Shown in pieces: positions 1-43,481 of a DNA stretch of 64,000 nt; positions within the stretch are counted from its first letter, which is position 1, and each line of letters opens with the position of its first letter. Location of the stretch: assembly GCF_039654945.1 (NCBI RefSeq), contig NW_027361924.1, positions 5,084,001 through 5,148,000 on the forward strand, in the 5' to 3' direction. The notes below the pieces were generated by a model. The model worked only from the letters and a program-made list of their open reading frames with translations. It did no database searches and was not told where the DNA came from. Both the position numbers and the translations under genes were made by a program. This stretch comes from Dendrobates tinctorius. Taxonomy: Eukaryota.

Positions 1-157
1 AGCATAGCGCACTGCACTAGCATAGCACATTGTACTAGCATAGCACGCTGCACTGGCATAGCATGCTGCACTGGCATAGCACACTATATAGCATAGCACA
101 CTGTACTGGCATAGCACACTGTATAGCGTAGCACAATGCACTGGCATAGCACAGTGT
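1..157. repeat. Degenerate ~19-bp tandem repeat (TAGCACACTGTACTGGCA-like), truncated by the window edge
   Basis: Recurrent GCATAGCAC..TG.ACT unit visible directly. Confidence 0.75.
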
Positions 158-806
158 GATTAGATGTGCACAGAAAATTCCTTGAAGCTATCTGGCACTA
201 CCCCGACACTGGCAATCGTAGTAAAAAAAAGCATAAATAAATGTTTCAGTGGTTTAAAAACAAATATAATAAAATGTCATCGTGCCCCTCTAACGGTATG
301 GCAAGAATAAAAGTGGTGAAAGGGGGTCTCCAGTGGACTGCAAAGCCATGTATTTCCTATACTAGTTCTTCAGAGGGACATACCTGAAGGAGCGCTGCGC
401 TAACACGTCTCATCTCTAACAGTAGAATGCCCCTTTAAGGCGGGGTGCTGATTATGTCCCACCCTTTTTCCCGCGTCACCTGGAGGCAGCCATTTTTACT
501 TCTATTACCTGAAATGTCCCAGAGACGTCAGCAGCATTTAATGATTTGCTAAGGTGCATGTGACAGGTGCGCCGCCCGCCGGCCTTCATTGCATGCTGCA
601 CCTGGCATAACGGTAGTGATCGCTTGCAGCACCGTCGTGTGTTTCCGTTTTGTGCGAATATATGGTGTAACCGTGTGCGCTAGTAAAACAAATAATTCTG
701 AACCAATCAGAGGCCTCCAGTACTTTTCAAAAAGGGGAGGAGCATTGGAGGATTGCTCGGATTTGATTAGTTAGGTCTGATCCACAGGTTTCCTCGTATT
801 TATTGA

Positions 807-9760
<8,954 letters not shown>

Positions 9761-10134
9761 GGTGCAGGGAGAACTAGTCGTGCATTGTACGGGGTCCACC
9801 GACGCTGCTCTTGTATTCATGGAGAAACTGATCCACACCTATGTAGGAGGATGAGATGTGAGGAGGCTCTCCGGGGATGCCTCTACCATACACATGTGTG
9901 ATATCACCCCGGCCGGGGTCCCCACTCAGGTCCCTGGAGGAGAACTTCCTCTTCTTGGTGCAGAGTCTCCTTGATTCAGCAGCAGTCTGTAGGGAAATCA
10001 CAGATCGTATACGTCACTGGTAGTGCGAGGCATCATGAATGCAACAGCAATATCACTGCATGGTGTGAGCACCAGACCGGAGCCCGACATCAAGGAGACT
10101 ACAGCTATGTCCTGAGCAACATAATGATCACAGT

Positions 10135-10490
10135 CACTGCCTGCATCGGCCCCCCGACCTCTGCATGCACCGGCCCCCCACCTCTGCATCTCTGCATGCA
10201 CCCCCCACCTCTGGATTTCAGCATGCACCCCCCCAACCTCTGAATCACTGCATGCACCGCCCCCCCCCCCGACCTCTGGATCTCTGCATGCACCGGCCCC
10301 CCAACCTCTGGATCTCTGCATACACCGGCCCCCCCAACCTCTGGATCTCTGCATGCACCCCCCACCTCTGGATTTCAGCATGCACCCCCCCAAACCTCTG
10401 AATCACTGCAAGCACCCCCCCCCCCGACCTATGGATCTCTGCATGCACCGGCCCCCCAACCTCTGGATCTCTGCATGCACCCACCCCTTC
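10135..10490. repeat. Degenerate C-rich tandem repeat (CTCTGCATGCACCGGCCCCCC-like)
   Basis: Repeated TGCATGCACC and C5-C10 runs; G-runs on the - strand. Confidence 0.8.
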
Positions 10491-10723
10491 CGACCTACAT
10501 ACCCAGGATGTGCTCTGCACTGCAGGGACTTCTGATGCCAAAGACTCTCATCCTTCCTGCCAGTCCCTGACGGCTGCCCTGTAAGAGCCGGCGGCGGCCT
10601 CCTCTCTTTAAAGAGACAGGCGCCTTCTGCTTGTGTTTCTACTCTGCATAGCAACTCTCCATGGGAGGGAACGAGGCAAAATATTAACTCCTGCCAGTCT
10701 GTATTGTATCCAAACAGCAAGAG

Positions 10724-10732
10724 GATAGATAT

Positions 10733-10777
<45 letters not shown>
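10724..10777 (+). repeat. (GATA)n microsatellite
   Basis: Direct GATA/TAGA run. Confidence 0.95.
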
Positions 10778-10778
<1 letters not shown>

Positions 10779-10899
10779 TTATAAATGAAACTAAGTGCCA
10801 CTCTTCAAAAATGGTACTAAAAATGATACAATTGTGGTGAACATTACTGACCCCTCAATGTATGTCAGGAATAAGAGGATATGGATCTACTGTGTATAT

Positions 10900-12920
10900 T
10901 TCCTCTATAGGATCCTCCATCATGTGTCCTGTAGGTAGGTGGCACTTTTCTCTATAGGATCCTCCGCCCTGTGTTCCTGTAGGTAGGAGGAACTTTCCTC
11001 TATAGGATCCTCCACCATGTGTCCTGTAGATAGGGGACACTTTCCTCTATAGGATCCTCCACCATGTGTCCTGTAGGTAGAGGGCACTTTTCTCTATAGG
11101 ATACTCCACCATGTGTCCTGTAGGTAGGAGGAACTTTCCTCTATAGCATCCTCCACCATGTGTCCTGTAGGTAGGTGGCACTTTTCTCTATAGGATCCTC
11201 CATCATGTGTCCTGTAGATAGGGGACACTTTTATCTATAGGATCTTGCACCCTGTAGGTAGGGGCACTTTTCTCTATAGGATCCTCCACCATGTGTCCTG
11301 TAGGTAGGAGGAACTTTCCTCTATAGGATCCTCCATCATGTGTCCTGTAGATAGGGGACACTTTTATCTATAGGATCTTGCACCCTGTAGGTAGGGGCAC
11401 TTTTCTCTATAGGATACTCCACCATGTGTCCTGTAGGTAGGAGGAACTTTCCTCTATAGGATCCTCCACCATGTGTCCTGTAGGTAGAGGGCACTTTTCT
11501 CTATAGGATCCTCCACCATGTGTCCTGTAGATAGGGGACACTTTCCTCTATAGGATCCTCCACCATGTGTCCTGTAGGTAGAGGGCACTTTTCTCTATAG
11601 GATACTCCACCATGTGTCCTGTAGGTAGGAGGAACTTTCCTCTATAGCATCCTCCACCATGTGTCCTGTAGGTAGAGGGCACTTTTCTCTATAGGATCCT
11701 CCATCATGTGTCCTGTAGGTAGGGGGCACTTTTATCTATAGGATCTTGCACCCTGTAGGTAGGGGCACTTTTCTCTATAGGATCCTCTGCCCTGTGTTCC
11801 TGTAGGTAGGAGGAACTTTCCTCTATAGCATCCTCCACCATGTGTCCTGTAGGTAGGGGACACTTTTTTCTATACGATCCTCCATGTGTCCTGTAGATAG
11901 GGGACACTTTCCTCTATAGGATCCTCCACCATGTGTCCTGTAGGTAGAGGGCACTTTTCTCTATAGGATCCTCCATCATGTGTCCTGTAGGTAGGGGGCA
12001 CTTTTATCTATAGGATCTTGCACCCTGTAGGTAGGGGCACTTCTCTTTATAGGATCCTCCACCTTGTGTTCCGGTAGGTAGGAGGCACTTTCCTCTATAG
12101 CATCCTCCACCATGTGTCCTGTAGGTAGAGGACACTTTCCTCTATAGGATCCTCCACCATGTGTCCTGTAGGTAGAGGACACTTTCCTCTATAGGATCCT
12201 CCACCATGTGTCCTGTAGGTAGAGGGCACTTTTCTCTATAAGATCCTCCATCATGTGTCCTGTAGGTAGGGGGCACTTTTATCTATAGGATCTTGCACCC
12301 TGTAGGTAGGGGCACTTTTCTTTATAGGATCCTCCGCCCTGTGTTCCTGTAGGTAGGAGGAACTTTCCTCTATAGCATCCTCCACCATGTGTCCTGTAGG
12401 TAGGGGACACTTTTTTCTATACGATCCTCCATGTGTCCTGTAGATAGGGGACACTTTCCTCTATAGGATCCTCCACCATGTGTCCTGTAGGTAGAGGGCA
12501 CTTTTCTCTATAGGATCCTCCATCATGTGTCCTGTAGGTAGGGGGCACTTTTATCTATAGGATCTTGCACCCTGTAGGTAGGGGCACTTTTCTTTATAGG
12601 ATCCTCCACCTTGTGTTCCGGTAGGTAGGAGGCACTTTCCTCTATAGCATCCTCCACCATGTGTCCTGTAGGTAGGGAGCACTTTTCTCTATAGAATCCT
12701 CCACCATGTTTCCTGTTGCTAGGGGGCACTTTTCTCTACAGGATCCTCCGCCCTGTAGGTAGGGGGCACTTTTTCCTATAGGCTCATATGCCACGTCTGT
12801 ATGGTGGGGGGACAGTTTTCTCTACAAGATCCTCCACCGTGTCCCCTGTAATTAGGGGGCAGATTTCTCTATAGGATCCTCCACCACGAGTCCCATCGGT
12901 AGGGGGCAGTTTCTCTACAG
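10900..12920. repeat. ~47-bp minisatellite (TATAGGATCCTCCACCATGTGTCCTGTAGGTAGAGGGCACTTTTCTC) with shorter variants and a ~547-bp higher-order period
   Basis: Unit visible directly; near-identical spurious ORFs recur at 11704/12251 and 11976/12523 (offset 547). Confidence 0.93.
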
Positions 12921-12949
12921 GCTTTAGTTTATTGTATACATTACCACAG

Positions 12950-13700
12950 AGGTCTAGTTTGATCGCATCTCTCCACAGAACACTTTCCTAGAAGGATTGA
13001 GGTTTATTTATGTAACGTTTGGCAAAGTTCATTCTCTTTTTTATGTCTTTGTTTAACCAGTGGTGTCCTCTTTGACCGTCACCCATAAAGCCCTGTGTTG
13101 TTTAGTGCCGAGTGACACAGATGTTTCCAACTCAACCTGAAGTTTTTCGGATGCTGTACTTGGTATCTTTTCCACTGATAGACTCACCTGGTGAGTCAGG
13201 GTGGATGCATGTATCCGGAGCTTCCAACTGCACCTTAAGGAGGCCTAGGATGTCACAGAGACGACTTTTAAAACTTATCGTGGTTCGGCCCAGTTGAGAC
13301 AACTGTATAACACCCACATTTCAAACCAACTTTTGTAGATCTCTCTCCACAATGTTCCTCTGTCCATGTCCTGTCAGGTTCTTAACTGTTCTACGTAGAG
13401 CAAAATTTTTTGTAACATTTGGAAATATTGAAGCTGCAATGTCGAGGTCTTTGGAGTATTGTACTCTTTAGACTGCTTGTGCTTGGTGATATTAGCATTT
13501 AGACTGCTTGTGCTTGGTGATATTAGCATTTAGACTGCTTGTGCTTGGTGATAATAGCATCTAAACTACTTGTTGTTGATGATAATAGAATTTACACTGC
13601 TTGTGCTTAAAGATAATAGAATTTCTGGTCTGGACAGAAAGCTCTTTCATTTTTGCCATTATGAACAAGGAACCAAAATAAAACTGGCATCTCCGAGTGT
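12950..13700 (-). mobile_element. Probable decayed Tc1/mariner remnant containing a short ~31-bp tandem repeat (~13465-13625)
   Basis: Sequence resembles antisense Tc1 transposase DNA (..TCCACAGAACACTTTCC..GGCAAA..AGTGGTGTCCTC..). No intact ORF; pattern recognition only. Confidence 0.4.
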
Positions 13701-13845
13701 TTCACTTAGCATTTTATATTAAAAGATATTTTACATGGTATTACATATCAGGGCTGCCAGAAATGTTGACCAGTGACTTATTAGTGACTGTCAATACATG
13801 TTTCATCATAACCACCAAAATGTTTTTTTTTTCTACTGTCGATGT

Positions 13846-14725
13846 CCAGCTATTCGGAAACCTCTGATCCCGGTTGTTCGGAAACCTCTGATCCCGACTG
13901 TTCGGAAACCTCTGATCCCGGCTTTCTGTTCGGAAACCTCTGATCCCGGTTGTTCGGAAACCTCTGATCCCGGCTGTTCGGAAACCTCTGATCATGGCTG
14001 TTCAGGAATCTGTGATCCTGGCTCTTCAGGAATCTCTGATCCCAGCTATTTGGAAACCTCTGATCCCGGCTATCCGGAAACCTCTGATCCTGGCTATTCG
14101 GAAACCTCTGATCCTGGCTATCCGGAAACCTCTGATCCTGGCTATTCGGAAACCTCTGATCCTGGCTATCCGGAAACCTCTGATCCTGGCTATCCGGAAA
14201 CCTCTGATCCTGGCTATTCGGAAACCTCTGATCCCGGCTATCCGGAAACCTCTGATCCTGGCTATTCGGAAACCTCTGATCCTGGCTATCCGGAAACCTC
14301 TGATCCTGGCTATTCGGAAACCTCTGATCCCGGCTATTCGGAAACCTCTGATCCTGCCTGTTCAGGAATCTGTGATCCCAGCTATTTGGAAACCTTTGAT
14401 CCCGGCTGTTCGGAAACCTCTGATCCCGGCTGTTCGGAAAAGTCTGATCCTGCCTGTTCAGGAATCTGTGATCCCAGCTATTTGGAAACCTTTGATCCCG
14501 GCTATTCGGAAACCTCTGCTCTCGGCTGTTCGTAAACCTCTGATCCCGGCTGTTCAGAAGCCTCTGATCCCGGCTGTTCAGGAATCTGTGATCCCGGCTC
14601 TTCGGGAATTTCTGATCCCAGCTGTTCGGAAATCTCTGATCCCGGCTGTTCGGAAACCTCTGATCCCGGCTGTTCAGGAATCTGCTATCCTGGTTGTCCA
14701 GGAATCTCTAATCCCAGTTGCTTAA
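13846..14725. repeat. 24-bp minisatellite (CGGAAACCTCTGATCC(C/T)GGCTATT), ~36 copies
   Basis: Direct periodicity; produces the 8-aa repeat ORFs (SETSDPGY / IRKPLIPA). Confidence 0.95.
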
Positions 14726-14773
14726 CTCCTCTGATACCACGGTCAACAGCAATCACTGCATCTGAGTGATTAA

Positions 14774-15100
14774 GGCTAGGTTCACATTGCGATAATGCAG
14801 TCTGTTCAACGCATGGCGTTGACGGACTGCATTAGCGCAACTGTCATTTTGTGATCGCGTTAGGCGATCACGCTAGCGCAGCTTCCCTGTCTGTGCTAGC
14901 GGTGACGAACCCCCGAATGCTGTAGCCCGAGTCCGAGGGTCCGTCGCTGAATGACGGCACATCGCTAGCGCATGCCGATTTATGGCATGCGCTCCTAATA
15001 GAAGTTAATGGCAGTGTTAACGGATGGTGTTACACCGTGTTATGCCGTGGTGTAGTGCAATCCGTTAAACGGACTGCCTAAACGCAATGTGAACCCAGTC
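14774..15100. mobile_element. PIF/Harbinger-type MITE
   Basis: TIRs GGCTAGGTTCACATTGCG ... CGCAATGTGAACCCAGTC, preceded by TAA; internally palindromic. Confidence 0.75.
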
Positions 15101-15939
15101 TTTCAGAGAGCGGACATAGATTATGGGGTACCAAATAGGGTGATGAATTTCTGGCACCTGTATATATGGATCAGGTCGGGCCAGAGGCCTAATATCCTGC
15201 AATGTAACATAGAAGTGATGATCACAGCAGAAATTCAATATTTCATAATTCCAACATAAGAAAAATCTCTTTTCACTTACAAAATAATGAATAAAAAAAC
15301 TACAATCCCGTTGCCGTATCAGTAGAAAACATTTACACCTTATTTATCCCACACGGTAAACCACTTGAAACTCCTTCCCGACGGGACGTTTTTCCATTTT
15401 TTTTTTTACCCCTCTTTTTCCTCCAGGAATCATAACTTTATTTTTAACAATGCCGCATTGAGTGCATGCTTTTTATTTTTTTGCATAAACATTTTGTACT
15501 ACTGAATGACATTTTTATCAAAAGTGTTGGAAAAATTGCAAAAAATAGAGGCAGATGATGGCTGAAAAACACAGTGCAAAAATAACGTCTAAAATGATTT
15601 TTTTTTTTTGCGCTCACTGATGGATCCTCAGTTGACTCATTCTGCAGTCGGCGACAAATGGAAGCGACAGAAGGTGCAACATTATTAGTGCAACTAACAA
15701 GAATGATTTCTAGCATTAATTCCATGCAATTATATATATAAAACGTCCCTGAAGGCGGAGCACCCCTTTAAGGTGACATAAAGAGTGAAGAATGCCTTTA
15801 AATGTGATGGAACACACCATGGAAGCAGCCTAGCACCCCCTTGCGGAGACACTGCCCTCCCCCCAGGGTCATGGCATGCTGGGAGCTGTGGTCCCCATCT
15901 GTCAGCTCAGCTCCGGTCTGTCGCTCCGTTATCACTAAC

Positions 15940-16176
15940 CTGCTGCCTAGTAACGCGAGAGTTCCGTTAGTGACGTCACCTGACCACGCCCTCACGCAAC
16001 ACCTGACCACGCCTCCTTATTGACGTCGTTCTCGCGAGACGTCACTAGGCGCGTGCTCCAGCGAGGGTCTCGCGAGATTTCGGCGCGGTGAGTGAGCTCG
16101 GCCTGTGCTCCTTGCTCTCTCGTCTCCCCGGCACCGGCTCTCCTCTGCGGAGGGAGGCGGGAGACTTCCCCGCACC
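15940..16176 (+). promoter_or_regulatory. COPS3 CpG-island promoter/5' UTR with a full CRE (TGACGTCA 15971-15978) and two TCTCGCGAGA palindromes (16030-16039, 16068-16077)
   Basis: CpG-dense segment just upstream of the Kozak ATG (GCACCATGG, ATG at 16177). TCTCGCGAGA is the BANP/ZBTB33-associated motif of housekeeping promoters. Confidence 0.8.
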
Positions 16177-38340
<22,164 letters not shown>

Positions 38341-38603
38341 AGGGACGAGGGGACAATCCTGCACCCCCCAACTCCAGAATGTGGATCGTCAGCAATGCAA
38401 AACCTATTTTTTTTTTTTTTCCAAGTTGGACTGTAAAACAAAGTCTTCGATAACAAACTGGGAGAACGGTCACCACCTTTTATGCCTGGACATTTAACTG
38501 AAAAAAAATAAAAAAAAAAGGAAAACCAATATTTATGATAAAAAATAAATTCTCTCAGTCCTGTATGCGTTCAGTTATATTCTGAGGAGCGGAGACCACC
38601 TAT

Positions 38604-38609
38604 AATAAA
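38604..38609 (+). terminator. Candidate COPS3 polyadenylation signal AATAAA
   Basis: ~265 nt after the stop codon and followed by GT/T-rich sequence; another AATAAA lies near 38544. Confidence 0.55.
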
Positions 38610-38843
38610 GTCTGTTGTGAATTTGTCTCTGGAGCTTCCTTTACTCGTGAGAGTCGCAGGCCAGAGATAAATGTATCAGGAATAATGTGCAACATCCCGC
38701 ACCGAAGTGACGTCCCGTCCATCGTGGCACATGGACCTGCGCCGTCGCTGCGTCACTCTAGATATGCATTTGCCTGAGGTATGTTATCAAGGACTCTTTA
38801 CTAAGTTAATTTGCAACCACAAAATACGTCTGGTCAAGTTTTA

Positions 38844-39215
38844 AAGGGAATCTGCAGTTTTTATAATTTTGCTACATGATATAGGGAGAGACCCTGATTC
38901 TGGTGCTATGTCACTTATTGGTCTGCTTGATTCAGTTTTGATAAAGTCACTTTGCTGCAGATCTAGCAGTTGTCTTTGCTTTGTATAACAAACCTCCACC
39001 ACACACCACTGATTGGCAGATTTCTGTGTACACTGTGCATAGGCAGAAAGCTGTCAGTCAGTGGTGGGGGTGAGGTTGGACTACATGCCAGCAGCTTTAT
39101 TAGTCCTCTCTTGATAAAATCACTGTTTTATCAAGACTACAGCAAGAAGCCAAGCAAGTGGCACATTGCTGGAATCAGGGTCTCTGCCCCTACATCCTGC
39201 TGCTCTTGGTGGTAG
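38844..39215. mobile_element. Degenerate TTAA/AGGGAATCTG-type MITE
   Basis: TTAA-AGGGAATCTG start; internal inverted segments (GAGACCCTGATTC ... GAATCAGGGTCTC; TTGATAAA..CACT ... TTTTATCAA). Confidence 0.55.
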
Positions 39216-40209
39216 ATATCCAATAATGCAGGCGTAAATCATATGGGGCTGCAGGACAAGGAGGCTGCACCAAAAGTTCTGGTCGTACAGTTGCCTGTGG
39301 ACCCGCTTTAGTTTTCAGATGAAGGGGGCACATGGCAATAGTCTTAAAGGGGCTGTCCATGATTTAGGACCTTTTTTTTTTTTTTTTTAAAGATTCAACA
39401 AAACCTATAGTCTCCTACGGAGCCCACCGATGCTTCTCGGTACAGACGTTGGTGTTCCCTATCAGTCTTTTGGGTTTGCAGGGTGTCGGCTGATTGAGCG
39501 CTGCAGCCTATTTCAGAAGAAATTGTTTCCTCCGGCACGGATGTAATGTGACTGATGCAATAGGCACCAAATTCTGGAAATGGCGGGGGGGTGTATGGTA
39601 GGTGCGGACGAATGCCGAATACTCTGTACGGTGTGTGAAATGAGAGGATGGGGGGGTCGATGCAGATTTCTGAGCAGCCAGCTATGGGGATGGTACTGCA
39701 GCTCTTAATTATCCCTCACCCCCGTTCACTGATGAACAGAGGAGAGAGAGACCACAGAGACATGGACAGAAGCCGGATCCGTCACTTAAAGAGACGGTAC
39801 ACCTATCTATGGTTAGGGCCTAGTTTGTGCCCCTCTTCACCTTTTTTTTTTGGTGAGGGGGGAGGTAGGTAGAATGGTACCAGGACTTGTTTGATACCAT
39901 TTTTGTTACTTGTACAATGCACCACTGTAATATTGCAGTGTGTTGGCACGTTACCGATCTCCTAAGAGGCCCAGCCACGGGTGTACACACTTATAGCAAG
40001 CGACACAGCTGAGCCGAGCGGCCCCGGCACAGAGCAGGATTTACCATCGTGGATTATGTTCTTATGTTGCTGTGTCGTCACCAAGGTGTGATATCTGAGT
40101 GTACTGTCTCTTTAAGAGCAGACTTAAAGGGACTGTCATGATGGTGACTGCATTGTGCTTCCTAATAATCTCTAATGACCTCAATAATCTCTGTGGCTCC
40201 GATGCGAAA

Positions 40210-40700
40210 CATATAACTACTCCCGGCAGCGGTCTGGCCATGCTGGGCGTTGTAGTTTTGCAGCAGATGGCTACAGGCACCGGTGTGATGAGGCGACCCA
40301 GCACGTGCAGGGGGAGGAGTCACGTGACGGGTCAGCTGACACATTCCCCGCAGTAACCTAAGATTCGGATTAAACCACTTTAACAACGATACGGGGGGGA
40401 TGACATTTTAGTCCTGAATCTATACCTTCTTAATTCATTCCCTGAAATATCCGGCAACATTTTCACAAAGCGTAAAGTACTAATATTGCTAGCAGAGCTA
40501 ATTCCAAGCAATATTTTGGCCTTTTGATTTTTTAATTCCCCCCCCTCTTTCTGTCGCGTCACTTAAGATCGCACAAAGAAGCGGAAGTCACAGGGGCTGT
40601 CACGTGATGTAAACATGGCGGAGTGTCAGGTGAGTGTGTGCAGCTGTCGACGAGAACTGGGGCGGCTGCTGCTGCTGCTGGGACTTGTAGTGCCACCAGG
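40210..40700 (+). promoter_or_regulatory. FLCN: FLCN promoter and first exon (donor CAG|GTGAGT at 40629/40630) with CLEAR/E-box motifs GTCACGTGAC (40319-40328) and GTCACGTGAT (40599-40608), ETS (GCGGAAGT), YY1-like (AACATGGCGG) and ZNF143/THAP11-type ACTACAnnTCCCAG (- strand, ~40678-40691)
   Basis: CpG-rich motif cluster ~6.4 kb upstream of the FLCN ATG with a consensus splice donor. FLCN is an established TFEB/TFE3 target in mammals. Confidence 0.75.
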
Positions 40701-40929
40701 GTTATAGAGAGAGAGAGCGCCCAACGGGGGGGGGGTGGTTGTGGACGAGCCGTTTAACCCCATCTTGTGGCAGCCGATTTTTGTCTTCGTTTCTTTGCTG
40801 TAACTTTAGGTCTCCGCTCACATTGATGAATGTAATTCTACGGTTTATAGGAAAACTACTGGACCGACACTGAGTCGTAGGCGTCACATGAGATCCAAGA
40901 TGGCGGTCACATGAGATCCAAGATGGCGG

Positions 40930-43480
40930 CCACGTGTGCGTATAGTAGCCCCCGGGAGCCACCCATATGTGCGTATAGTAGCCCCCGGGTGCCTCCCATG
41001 TGTGCGTATAGTAGCCCCCGGGTGCCACCCATGTGTGCGTATAGTAGCCCCCGGGTGCCACCCATGTGTGCGTATAGTAGCCCCCGGGTGCCACCCATGT
41101 GTGCGTATAGTAGCCCCCGGGTGCCACCCATGTGTGCGTATAGTAGCCCCCGGGTGCCACCCATGTGTGCGTATAGTAGCCCCCGGGTGCCACCCATGTG
41201 TGCGTATAGTAGCCCCCGGGAGCCACCCATGTGTGCGTATAGTAGCCCCCGGGTGCCTCCCATGTGTGCGTATAGTAGCCCCCGGGTGCCTCCCATGTGT
41301 GCGTATAGTAGCCCCCGGGTGCCACCCATGTGTGCGTATAGTAGCCCCCGGGTGCCACCCATGTGTGCGTATAGTAGCCCCCGGGTGCCACCCATGTGTG
41401 CGTATAGTAGCCCCCGGGTGCCACCCATGTGTGCGTATAGTAGCCCCCGGGTGCCACCCATGTGTGCGTATAGTAGCCCCCGGGTGCCACCCATGTGTGC
41501 GTATAGTAGCCCCCGGGTGCCACCCATGTGTGCGTATAGTAGCCCCCGGGTGCCACCCATGTGTGCGTATAGTAGCCCCCGGGTGCCACCCATGTGTGCG
41601 TATAGTAGCCCCCGGGTGCCACCCATGTGTGCGTATAGTAGCCTCCGGGTGCCACCCATGTGTGCGTATAGTAGCCCCCGGGAGCCACCCATGTGTGCGT
41701 ATAGTAGCCCCCGGGTGCCTCCCATGTGTGCGTATAGTAGCCCCCGGGTGCCACCCATGTGTGTGTATAGTAGCCCCCGGGTGCCACCCATGTGTGCGTA
41801 TAGTAGCCCCCGGGTGCCACCCATGTGTGCGTATAGTAGCCTCCGGGTGCCACCCATGTGTGCGTATAGTAGCCTCCGGGTGCCACCCATGTGTGCGTAT
41901 AGTAGCCTCCGGGTGCCACCCATGTGTGCGTATAGTAGCCCCCGGGTGCCACCCATGTGTGCGTATAGTAGCCCCCGGGTGCCACCCATGTGTGCGTATA
42001 GTAGCCCCCGGGTGCCACCCATGTGTGCGTATAGTAGCCCCCGGGTGCCACCCATGTGTGCGTATAGTAGCCCCCGGGTGCCACCCATGTGTGCGTATAG
42101 TAGCCCCCGGGTGCCACCCATGTGTGCGTATAGTAGCCCCCGGGTGCCACCCATGTGTGCGTATAGTAGCCCCCGGGTGCCACCCATGTGTGCGTATAGT
42201 AGCCCCCAGGGAGCCACCCATGTGTGCGTATAGTAGCCCCCCAGGTGCCACCCATGTGTGCGTATAGTAGCCCCCCCGGGTGCCACCCATGTGTGCGTAT
42301 AGTAGCCCCCCCGGGTGCCACCCATGTGTGCGTATAGTAGCCCCCCCGGGTGCCACCCATGTGTGCGTATAGTAGCCCCCCCGGGTGCCACCCATGTGTG
42401 CGTATAGTAGCCCCCCCGGGTGCCACCCATGTGTGCGTATAGTGGTGCCACCCATATGTGCGTATAGTAGCCCCCCCCGGGTGCCACCCATGTGTGCGTA
42501 TAGTAGCCCCCGGGAGCCACCCATGTGTGCGTATAGATTCTGAATAAAAGAAAGACTATGCAAAGAACTAATTTAGGATCACCACACTGATAACTAATAA
42601 TTGTGAAAAAATCATGAATTTTATTGTACATCAGGTCATGAAACACTACACACAATAAAAACATTTAAAAACAAGGTAAGGGACTGTAACAAACAAAAGG
42701 TCCCATAGTCCACAGTATGTCCACCAACTGCCTAGACAATATACAAATCACATATAAATAACTATTTAGTAGTAGTATGCTGCTGGTTGTTCCATTTAGG
42801 TAAGACCATAGGTTGTGTCAAACAAGACCTGATACACAGTGGTTATAGTATACTCAGATAAAGTGTAATGTCATATCAAGCATAATAACTAAATAAATAA
42901 CCACACAAAGAATGTGTTCAATCCCATTAGTCAATGGCTATAGCAAATCAGAAGTGAAATACTGAAAGATGCACTAGCCCTGGTTGAAGTATAGCTATAC
43001 ATCACCATTTCCCTATCAGGATAAGTATCGGAGTCCGGTCACCCAGTCATCCCAGTCAGCAGTCAGACAGGCAGCCCATCAGGTGGCATAAAGAAACCCA
43101 CGTGTTCCGACACACAAGGTGTCTTCCTCAAGGTGTGCGTATAGTAGCCCCTCAGGTGCCACCCATATGTGTGTATAGTAGCCCCCGGGAGCCATCCGTA
43201 TGTACATATAGTAGCCCCCCAGGTGCCACCCATGTGTGCGTATAGTAGCCCCCGGGAGCCACCCGTATGTACATATAGTAGCCCCCCAGGTGCCACCCAT
43301 GTGTGCGTATAGTAGCCCCCGGGAGCCACCCGTATGTACATATAGTAGCCCCCCGGGTGCCACCCATGTGTGCGTATAGTAGCCCCTCAGGTGCCACCCA
43401 TATGTGCGTATAGTAGCCCCCGGGAGCCATCCGTATGTACATATAGTAGCCCTCCGGGTGCCACCCATGTGTGCGTATAG
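40930..43480. repeat. 33-bp CpG-rich minisatellite (CCCATGTGTGCGTATAGTAGCCCCCGGGTGCCA), ~48 copies at 40930-42536, resuming at 43133-43480
   Basis: Direct periodicity; source of the 11-aa repeat ORFs in five frames. Confidence 0.97.
42537..43134 (-). mobile_element. Probable Penelope-like pLTR remnant inserted in the 33-bp array, ending in a degenerate hammerhead motif
   Basis: AT-rich insert flanked by duplicated GTGTGCGTATAG; the - strand end reads ACC-TTGAGGA-A-GACAC-CTTGT-GTGTC-GGAA-CACG-T-GGGT. Confidence 0.55.
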
Positions 43481-43481
43481 C

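Noticed and set aside
13798-14725. 245/243-aa ORFs resembling mucin-like or heptad-like repeats
   Set aside because: 24-bp tandem repeat open in overlapping frames, with no gene context.
40702-42664. 440-585-aa repetitive ORFs in five frames
   Set aside because: Translation of the 33-bp minisatellite; no domain and no single favoured frame.
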